This document shows, in pieces, positions 45,875-54,334 of a DNA stretch of 64,000 nucleotides. Numbering within the stretch: the stretch's first letter is position 1; each line of letters starts with the position of its first letter. Both the position numbers and the translations under genes were made by a program. This DNA is from an uncultured Pirellulales bacterium (GTDB taxonomy: Bacteria > Planctomycetota > Phycisphaerae > Sedimentisphaerales > Anaerobacaceae): contig CAZMLE010000015.1 of the NCBI GenBank assembly GCA_964567045.1, positions 225 to 64,224 on the forward strand. The letters are read 5' to 3'. The notes beneath the pieces were generated by a model. It saw nothing but the letters and a program-made list of their open reading frames with translations. It ran no database searches and was not told where the DNA came from.

Positions 45875-46417
45875 ATGCTGGAAAGAGGTCTGGTTCAGAT
45901 TTATACCGGCGACGGCAAGGGCAAGACTACCGCTGCGTTCGGCCTGGCATTGCGTGCGGCTGGTCAGGGCCACAAGGTTCTGATTTATCAGTTCTTAAAA
46001 CCTCCTTCTCTGGATATTGGCGAGCGTTTTGCCCTTAAGTTGGGTGCGCTGCGAATCCGCGTCGAAGCACTCGATGCGCCCTGGGATATGTCTAAAGCTC
46101 TCGCAGACGAGCACGCTGTCGCCAACGTGAAAACCGCGATTAGCGATGCACTTACACGACTTGCTGAAACCGCGGAGAAAAGGTTCTATGACGTGCTAAT
46201 ACTCGATGAGATTGTGTATTGCCTTTCACAAGGTCTTGCTAAGCTGCAAGAAGTTAAGAACATCATTGACAAAAGAGACCCTGCTGTCGAAATCGTTCTA
46301 ACCGGCACAGGTGCAACGGACGAACTGATTGCGATAGCGGACTTAGTGACGGAGATGAAAAACATAAAGCATCCATTTGATAAAGGCGTGCCAGCGCGAC
46401 GGGGCATTGAATTTTAA
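45875..46417 (+). CDS. cobO: Cob(I)yrinic acid a,c-diamide adenosyltransferase
   Basis: GLVQIYTGDGKGKTTAAFGLALRAAGQG..VLIYQFLK and LDEI motifs. ATG 45875 chosen because the track start lies in repeat DNA. Confidence 0.85.
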   Translation: MLERGLVQIYTGDGKGKTTAAFGLALRAAGQGHKVLIYQFLKPPSLDIGERFALKLGALRIRVEALDAPWDMSKALADEHAVANVKTAISDALTRLAETAEKRFYDVLILDEIVYCLSQGLAKLQEVKNIIDKRDPAVEIVLTGTGATDELIAIADLVTEMKNIKHPFDKGVPARRGIEF

Positions 46418-46722
46418 CAGCCGCGGAATCTACGAACCCTGCGCGGGCTTAAGCGGGTAGCCATGGTTTTCGCCCAAAAGTGCTGATAGCGCCGGACAAA
46501 AATCCCAAAATTGAAAAAATTTTTTACCGCTTTAGCTGCAACAACTTAGGCAAATCAGAGCCAGGAAAAATACGGTAATTTTCGCATCAAATGCGCAGAT
46601 CCAGCCAATTATAGAAGGCCCCCTTGTAAGCCTTCGCATAACGGATTTTTGCCTGTTCCTTTCGGACGGGGGCTTGCATCATCGAAGTTCATTTTCAGAT
46701 TCCGAAACGGCTGGAAAAGCCC

Positions 46723-47283
46723 TTGCTCTTTCTGGTGCTATTGTATCGGCGGATTCGCTACGGCTATCCGTTCCGGCGGATACCGCTGACGCTGGGCAAA
46801 TTCGCCATCGTTGATCCCGAAGATTACGACCGATTGCGCAAGTACAAATGGCACGTCAATAAAAGCGTCCACACCTTTTACGCCGTTCACTCGCTGACAA
46901 ACGGTAGGAATGCGCCGCGGAGAAATTTGCAGATGCACAACCTGGTGATTGACGTGCCGCCCGGCATGTATTGCGACCACATAAACCACAACGGCCTGGA
47001 TAATCGAAAGGCCAATCTCCGTCCAGCCAGCGGGGCGCAAAGCGTCTGGCACAGACGTAAATTTACCCACCGTACGTATGGCGGATTCAAAAAGCCCAGC
47101 CGCTCCAGATATAAGGGCGTGGACTGGGCAGCGGATGTGAAGCGCTGGCGGGCGCGAATCCGCGTCAACGGCAAAAGGCTTTCTCTCGGCTTATTCAAAG
47201 ATGAAATCGAAGCCGCTAAGGCTTACGACCAAGCCGCCAAAAAATATCACGGCGAATTTGCCAGTTTGAACTTCCCTGATTAA
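46723..47283 (+). CDS. HNH endonuclease plus AP2/ERF-type DNA-binding domain protein
   Basis: HNH_3-like CDHINHNGLDNRKANLR. AP2-like YKGVDW..KRWRARIRVNGKRLSLGLFKDEIEAAKAYDQAAKKYHGEFASLNFP. Confidence 0.75.
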   Translation: MLFLVLLYRRIRYGYPFRRIPLTLGKFAIVDPEDYDRLRKYKWHVNKSVHTFYAVHSLTNGRNAPRRNLQMHNLVIDVPPGMYCDHINHNGLDNRKANLRPASGAQSVWHRRKFTHRTYGGFKKPSRSRYKGVDWAADVKRWRARIRVNGKRLSLGLFKDEIEAAKAYDQAAKKYHGEFASLNFPD

Positions 47284-47468
47284 ACCCGCCGTCATTCTGA
47301 GTATTTCTTGTCCCCTACATGACACTGGTGCATAATGTTGAAAATCGTTGCCAATTGTCTGCAAAATCGTATAATCCTCTGGTGAGCCTGTCGAACGCGT
47401 ATGCGCCAAACAAATCTATAAAAATAAGGCAAAAGTATGGCGAATAATAGAAAATTGGAGGTTAAGAT

Positions 47469-47678
47469 ATGAAAGTAAAGACAAAGAGAAAGCCCCCTGA
47501 AATTGTTATACGGAATAGCAAACCAGTGGCGGTTATCCTCGATATTGACGAGTATCAGGAGATTCTTGAGCGCCTCGAAGATGCGGAGGACTTGAGGATG
47601 TTGCAGGCGATGAAAAAAAGGCCACTTCATTTCAGAAAGCTAAACGAATTCTTAAAGGAATATAATGCGAGTGTATGA
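47469..47678 (+). CDS. Type II antitoxin, Phd/YefM family
   Basis: PVAVILDIDEYQEILERLEDAEDL. 14-nt overlap with the toxin gene. Confidence 0.75.
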   Translation: MKVKTKRKPPEIVIRNSKPVAVILDIDEYQEILERLEDAEDLRMLQAMKKRPLHFRKLNEFLKEYNASV

Positions 47679-47925
47679 GGTATATCTTGAACGAGCCACT
47701 GAGCGGGACCTGAGACGGCTTTCGGCAGATTATTTCCGGCGCATCATACGGCAAATCAAAGCTCTATCTGAAACGCCAAGGCCTGTCGGATGCCGGAAAA
47801 TCAGCGGCTCAAAGAACGATTGGCGGATTCGGATTGGAGAGTATCGAGTGATATATGAGATTGACGATAGAGCCAAAGTAGTACGGGTGATGGGAGTCAG
47901 GCACAGACGGGAGGTATATCGGTAG
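47665..47925 (+). CDS. Type II toxin, RelE/ParE family
   Basis: WRIRIGEYRVIYEIDDRAKVVRVMGVRHRREVY is the canonical RelE/ParE C-terminus. Confidence 0.8.
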   Translation: MRVYEVYLERATERDLRRLSADYFRRIIRQIKALSETPRPVGCRKISGSKNDWRIRIGEYRVIYEIDDRAKVVRVMGVRHRREVYR

Positions 47926-47928
47926 AAA

Positions 47929-48177
47929 ATGGGTCCTATTGAGTTAGACCAGAAAATCAAGCAGTTCACCGACTATATCAACTACTGGGCTGTGGATTTT
48001 AACTTCAGGGATGATACCTTCCATAATATGTGACAGTCGTTCATAACGAAAAATCGCCCCAATCTCGAGACAAGGTGTTCTTATGACTATGAACAAGCTG
48101 GAAAGTATCAGGTCTTGGTCAAGGTTGTAGATATTTTCGGCAATGATACTAACAAGCTTATGGAGATAGAGCTATGA
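47929..48177 (+). pseudogene. C-terminal remnant of a DNA methyltransferase gene with an in-frame stop
   Basis: YWAVDFNFRDDTFHNM-stop-QSFITKNRPNLET..YDYEQAGKYQVLVKVVDIFGNDTNKLMEIEL. The YxVxVKVxDIFGNDT tail is characteristic of a class of site-specific DNA methylases. TGA at 48030-48032. Confidence 0.6.
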
Positions 48178-48503
48178 CAACCGATACAAGGATTAGAAAG
48201 ATAATCAGTGAGATCGTGGACAGAATATTAAAGGGATATAAACCAAAGAAGGTTATCCTCTTTGGCTCTTATGCCTATGGAGAACCGACAGAGGACAGCG
48301 ATATTGACCTTCTAATTATCAAGAACACCGATAAGAGACCTATTGACAGATGGGTTGAGGTAAAAAGGCTTTTGCGGGACAACAGCCGAACCCTTCCCGT
48401 CTCACCTCTCGTTTATACTGAGAAAGAGATTGAAGAGAGAATTGCCATAAAGGATTTCTTTATCGAAGAAATACTTGAAAAGGGGGATGTTCTTTATGGA
48501 TAA
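48174..48503 (+). CDS. MNT-type minimal nucleotidyltransferase (antitoxin-type of HEPN/MNT pairs)
   Basis: LFGSYAYGEPTEDSDIDLLII (GS..D.D NTase motif). Confidence 0.8.
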   Translation: MTTDTRIRKIISEIVDRILKGYKPKKVILFGSYAYGEPTEDSDIDLLIIKNTDKRPIDRWVEVKRLLRDNSRTLPVSPLVYTEKEIEERIAIKDFFIEEILEKGDVLYG

Positions 48504-48547
48504 AGCCTTCAAAAAGCAGGCAGCCGCTCACCCATTTTCCTTCGCCA

Positions 48548-48582
48548 GATACGAAATACGACATACAATATACGACATACGA
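48548..48582 (+). repeat. Heptanucleotide tandem array, TACGA class (5 units)
   Basis: GATACGA AATACGA CATACAA TATACGA CATACGA. Confidence 0.8.
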
Positions 48583-48586
48583 ACAA

Positions 48587-48617
48587 ATTACGGCCAATTC
48601 GCTAGTTTGAACTTCCC
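48587..48617 (+). pseudogene. Remnant of the 3' end of a second HNH-AP2 gene copy
   Basis: attacggccaattcgctagtttgaacttccc versus 47246-47276 atcacggcgaatttgccagtttgaacttccc: 27/31 identical. Encodes YGQFASLNFP versus HGEFASLNFP. Confidence 0.6.
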
Positions 48618-48770
48618 CAAAAATAATAGCCCCACGTTTCAGATGGAGTTGTTTCTTCCGCTGAGCAGCGTTTCTATCTTTATCGCAGTTTAAACCGTTT
48701 CAAATGCGCCGCTTAAAGCAAAAGGAAATTCAAAAATGGATCATCGCTAGAAATAAAAAACAATCTCCTC

Positions 48771-48799
48771 TTGACTATATGTGAACACAACAATATAGT
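48771..48799 (+). promoter_or_regulatory. Near-consensus sigma-70-type promoter with overlapping operator-like palindrome
   Basis: TTGACT (48771-48776), 17-nt spacer, TATAGT (48794-48799). Inverted repeat ACACAAC (48785-48791) / GTTGTGT (48798-48804). ATG at 48807. Confidence 0.55.
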
Positions 48800-48806
48800 T
48801 GTGTGT

Positions 48807-49253
48807 ATGATACCTGATTTCGTAGATATTGGAGGACCTTGGAATGTTTTACCTCCCGGGGTACATGTTGCAACACTTGAAGAGATCGAAAAACGTTTTG
48901 CTATATCTGACCATAGAAAATATCTCTTCTATGGATTTATAAAAGGTGTATTAGCCCTGCGTAAAGCTGGATGCCGAAAAATCTTTCTTGACGGCAGTTT
49001 TGTTACGGAAAAGCCCATACCAGGTGATTTTGATGTTTGTTGGGATCCTATGGGAGTAGACATTACAAAATTAGATCCTGTTTTTCTTGACTTTTCTGAC
49101 GGACGCAAAAAACAGAAAGAGTTCTTCCATGGAGAATTCTTTCCGGTCGGTTTTCTTGAAAAGGGCAAGAACTTCTTTTTTGATTTTTTCCAGATCGATA
49201 GATACACGGGAGACGCTAAAGGTATTATTTGTGTAAGTTTTTCCAAAATTTGA
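48807..49253 (+). CDS. Small protein with minimal nucleotidyltransferase-like motif (resembles what I recall as DUF6932)
   Basis: MIPDFVDIGGPWNVLPPGVHVATLEEIEKRF..IFLDGSFVTEKPIPGDFDVCW (G-S..D.D-like). Confidence 0.55.
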   Translation: MIPDFVDIGGPWNVLPPGVHVATLEEIEKRFAISDHRKYLFYGFIKGVLALRKAGCRKIFLDGSFVTEKPIPGDFDVCWDPMGVDITKLDPVFLDFSDGRKKQKEFFHGEFFPVGFLEKGKNFFFDFFQIDRYTGDAKGIICVSFSKI

Positions 49254-49270
49254 AGGAAGAGGATATTATT

Positions 49271-50563
49271 ATGATAACAAATGAAAGGCAGTATCGAATC
49301 ACAAGCAATCAAATAGAAAAACTCAAGACAACAATTGACACTTTTGACATCAAAGCAGTTACTGGGCGAGCAAAGTCGAAAATTTTGGCGAAAGCAGAAC
49401 TGGAGGCACTGCGTAGTGAATACGAAAACCTTTCTGTGCAACTTCATGAATATGAAACATTAAAATCTGGAACTATTGAGATACTAAAAGAACCGAGCTT
49501 GAAAGAGTTGCCACGTATTCTTATCAGAGCACGTATTGCAAGAGGGCTTTCACAACGTCAGCTTGCAGAGGCTATTGGTTTGAAGGAACAACAGATTCAA
49601 AGATATGAAGCCGAGGAATATGCTTCTGCGAATTTACATCGGCTTGTTGAAGTGGCACATGCACTTGGCCTAAACATAAGTGAAGTTGCGGAATTCAGAA
49701 CGATATCGCCAGCACCTCTTGTTGATACAGACAAAGGTGATTTAGCATGGGATCAGTTCCCGATTAAGGAGATGTTTCGTCGCAATTGGTTTAAGGAATC
49801 CCCCGGCTCTTTGGATGCGGCTGTAGCCAATGCCGAAGAACTTGTCAGGGAATTCGTGAAAAGTTCTCTTGATAAGCCGATCCAAGCATTTGCGCGTCAG
49901 CGTGTGCGTTCGGGAGGCAAAGTCGATTGGTATGCCCTTCTTGCGTGGCAATGTCGAATTATAAGCCTTGCAAAAAAGAAGGAAGTGGCATGCAAATACA
50001 AACAGAAAGCAATTACTAATGAATGGCTGAATGAACTTGCCCATATAAGTATCGAAAAAGATGGCCCCAAAAAAGCTATTGACTATTTGCAGGATTTAGG
50101 GATTCGTTTGGTTATTGAACAACATCTGCCGCAAACACATTTAGACGGGGCGGCTTTTTTATTACCTGATGGTTCACCAATAATTGGAATGACCTTACGT
50201 TTTGACAGAATTGATAACTATTGGTTTGTTCTTTTACACGAGCTTGTTCATATAATTAAACACTTACACAAGGAAGATATAGAAAGCATATTTGACGATC
50301 TCGATGTAGAAGCTGGAGATATTGAAAAGGAGGCAGATGGGCTGGCGGGCGAAATCCTTGTTCCTGAAGACAAATGGAATACGGCCTTGGCACGTTATCT
50401 AAGAAGTAAAGAATCCATCGAAGATTTTGCACAGAAATTGAATATTCATCCTGCGATAGTAGCAGGAAAAATACAAAGAGAAGCAAAAAATTATACGATT
50501 CTTACAGATATGGTCGGACAGGGCGAAGTAAGGAGACTTTTCCCAGATGTCTGCTTTTATTAA
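49271..50563 (+). CDS. Fusion of coiled-coil, XRE-family HTH and ImmA/IrrE-type (COG2856, M78) metallopeptidase domains
   Basis: HTH: IRARIARGLSQRQLAEAIGLKEQQIQRYEAEEYASANLHRLVEVAHALG. HExxH: LLHELVHIIKH, with downstream EADGLAGEILVP. Start ATG 49271 lies 18 nt after the upstream stop. Confidence 0.8.
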   Translation: MITNERQYRITSNQIEKLKTTIDTFDIKAVTGRAKSKILAKAELEALRSEYENLSVQLHEYETLKSGTIEILKEPSLKELPRILIRARIARGLSQRQLAEAIGLKEQQIQRYEAEEYASANLHRLVEVAHALGLNISEVAEFRTISPAPLVDTDKGDLAWDQFPIKEMFRRNWFKESPGSLDAAVANAEELVREFVKSSLDKPIQAFARQRVRSGGKVDWYALLAWQCRIISLAKKKEVACKYKQKAITNEWLNELAHISIEKDGPKKAIDYLQDLGIRLVIEQHLPQTHLDGAAFLLPDGSPIIGMTLRFDRIDNYWFVLLHELVHIIKHLHKEDIESIFDDLDVEAGDIEKEADGLAGEILVPEDKWNTALARYLRSKESIEDFAQKLNIHPAIVAGKIQREAKNYTILTDMVGQGEVRRLFPDVCFY

Positions 50564-50574
50564 CATAGGAGAAT

Positions 50575-51678
50575 ATGATGAGCTTTAATCACACCCAATA
50601 TATACCATGCCTTCGATGGAAACTTGGGGAATATCAGGCCGTGTCACAATTACCCGACACGATAAAACGCGTATTTACGCCGATAATAGAAGCCCCGGGG
50701 AAGGGATATGATTTTGCAACGAGGAAAGAAAAGAAAACAATAGATGAACTATTGGCTCCTTTTGCAAAACGAGTTCGTAATAACTGGGGAAAATTACCCT
50801 GTTTGGTGGACTTGCGCCTGATCAAAGATACCGAACGAATGGCAAACGGAGATGCTCCAGTTCACTTTGTATTTGATGAACTTCGAGCGTTGGATTGCCA
50901 AGCTATACCAGTAACAAGCCTCCTCAGAGATGCAGAATATCAGCAAGAAATTAAAGCGGTTATGGTCAAAGATAAAAATGGTATTTGTCTGAGAATAACA
51001 ATAGAGCAGGCTGCGAAGAGCACATTTAAAGCAGAAGTAGACTCGTTATTGTTAACATTAGAAATTCAACCTGCAGAATGTGATTTTATTTTAGATTTAG
51101 GTGCGCCAAATTTTGCTCCTCTTGACGGATTCGTAAAGATAATTAAAGATATTGTGACTAAATTGCCTTATTTAAAGAATTGGAGAACATTTACTCTTTT
51201 GGGAACCTCTTTTCCGGAATCAATGGGTAGTGTCAAAAAAAGAGGAGAAATTGTTCCTCGCTATGAATGGCAATTATATAAGGCATTAGTTAATGCTCTA
51301 AGAAAAGCAAATTTACGGCTACCTGCTTTTGGTGACTATGCTATAAATCATCCTAAAGAACTCGAACTTGATTGGAGAATCGTAAAACCTTCTGCAACAA
51401 TAAGGTATACTATTGATGACCGTTGGTATATTGTAAAAGGGGACAACATTAGAGATTATGGTTATCAACAATATCATGAACTTAGCCAAAATGTTTTGAC
51501 TTCTCGTTATTATTACGGACCGACCTTTTCATGGGGAGATGATTATATCGAGGCATGTGCAAATAAGAACGCTAAAACTGGCAACCCTACAAAGTGGATA
51601 CAGGTTGGTACAAGTCATCATATTGTGAAGGTGACACGGGACATCGCCAGTTTCTACGCTTCTTCAAGCAGTCCCTAA
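50575..51678 (+). CDS. Beta-protein family (Pfam Beta_protein-like) protein
   Basis: N-terminus YIPCLRWKLGEYQAVSQL..TPIIEAP matches the YxPxLKxKxGExxAL start of that family as I recall it. AGGAG SD. Starts 11 nt after the ImmA stop. Confidence 0.6.
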   Translation: MMSFNHTQYIPCLRWKLGEYQAVSQLPDTIKRVFTPIIEAPGKGYDFATRKEKKTIDELLAPFAKRVRNNWGKLPCLVDLRLIKDTERMANGDAPVHFVFDELRALDCQAIPVTSLLRDAEYQQEIKAVMVKDKNGICLRITIEQAAKSTFKAEVDSLLLTLEIQPAECDFILDLGAPNFAPLDGFVKIIKDIVTKLPYLKNWRTFTLLGTSFPESMGSVKKRGEIVPRYEWQLYKALVNALRKANLRLPAFGDYAINHPKELELDWRIVKPSATIRYTIDDRWYIVKGDNIRDYGYQQYHELSQNVLTSRYYYGPTFSWGDDYIEACANKNAKTGNPTKWIQVGTSHHIVKVTRDIASFYASSSSP

Positions 51679-52246
51679 CAATTTTTCGTAATTCATTGGT
51701 GGTGAGAAGGTCTGCCAGTTGTTCATACAAAACATCGCGAGGCTGGTGAAGAATTTTGGGCGGTAGTTTTTTCGAGGATAAAATTTCTGCTGCTTCATCA
51801 CGCCATAATAATTGTGCTATAGATATTGGGTCGATGTTCTTATTCGTCTGAGCCTCGCGGACTATATTAAAATTGACAGCGCCTCTTGGGCCTCTTATAG
51901 ATACTATTACTCCCCACCATTCAGGAATATAGTTCTGAATAGATTTGATATAACGGTCACCTACAATTATGGAAACTTTATCAAAAACTGCATTATATGA
52001 CTTAACTTGTTCCTCAAGCCTGCGGAGCGAATCATTGTTGCTCTTAATCTCATAGCCAACGAACTGTCCATTGACTACGGCAATATCTGCTCGACATTTC
52101 CCATGATTTAGGCCAAGCTCATCAATCACAAGCGTATCTTTTTGAGCATGTTGCCGTCGCAGTCTTTTCTTATGGAAGTTTTGTCTAATCTCTATATCAT
52201 TCATGACATACCACTTCATTAATAACGACCGAGATTTTTTGAACAA
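51587..52246 (-). CDS. PD-(D/E)xK nuclease-fold protein, sce7726-like family
   Basis: IRQNFHKKRL..LVIDELGLNHGKCRADIAVVNGQFVGYEIKSNNDSLRRLEEQVKSYNAVFDKVSIIV. D..E-x-K core and family-typical N-terminus. The start could be 52246, 52216 or 52204. Confidence 0.65.
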   Translation of the reverse strand: MFKKSRSLLMKWYVMNDIEIRQNFHKKRLRRQHAQKDTLVIDELGLNHGKCRADIAVVNGQFVGYEIKSNNDSLRRLEEQVKSYNAVFDKVSIIVGDRYIKSIQNYIPEWWGVIVSIRGPRGAVNFNIVREAQTNKNIDPISIAQLLWRDEAAEILSSKKLPPKILHQPRDVLYEQLADLLTTNELRKIVRDCLKKRRNWRCPVSPSQYDDLYQPVSTL

Positions 52247-52458
52247 TCATATACAAGTTCAAAATTCAAAATCAATAACTTTTCTAATTTTACGCTTTTG
52301 CTCTTTGGTTAATTTGCAGAACCGAACTAACGGTACTACTCGGCAAACTTTATCCTGCGGCGTTAATTATTTTACGCGATATTAAAGAGACTAATCACGA
52401 GTCAGAAGCAATCCCTACGTTCGCGGAGATAGACTTGCCTTTGGGGGAGGGAGAGGAT

Positions 52459-54243
<1,785 letters not shown>

Positions 54244-54334
54244 CTCTTCAGTCAGTCTCTTGAGCAGACCTACTTGTAGCTCCTTGGAACTATCAGCTTT
54301 ACGCTATTTTACGGGTATTATCGGCAATTGTTCG

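Noticed and set aside
46420-46722. 300-bp intergenic region after cobO as a possible ncRNA or cobalamin riboswitch
   Set aside because: It lies downstream of cobO, not upstream. Only one GCCCCC..GGGGGC hairpin is visible, and I recognise no conserved riboswitch core.
47292-47630. 112-aa minus-strand ORF opposite the Phd antitoxin
   Set aside because: It lies antisense to a canonical Phd/RelE pair and its composition is not protein-like.
51587-52246. Calling the nuclease gene a restriction endonuclease of an R-M system paired with the methylase remnant at 47929
   Set aside because: The methylase fragment is 3.4 kb away, separated by unrelated modules, and is a dead C-terminal stub. The nuclease matches the sce7726-like family pattern rather than any R-M enzyme I recognise.
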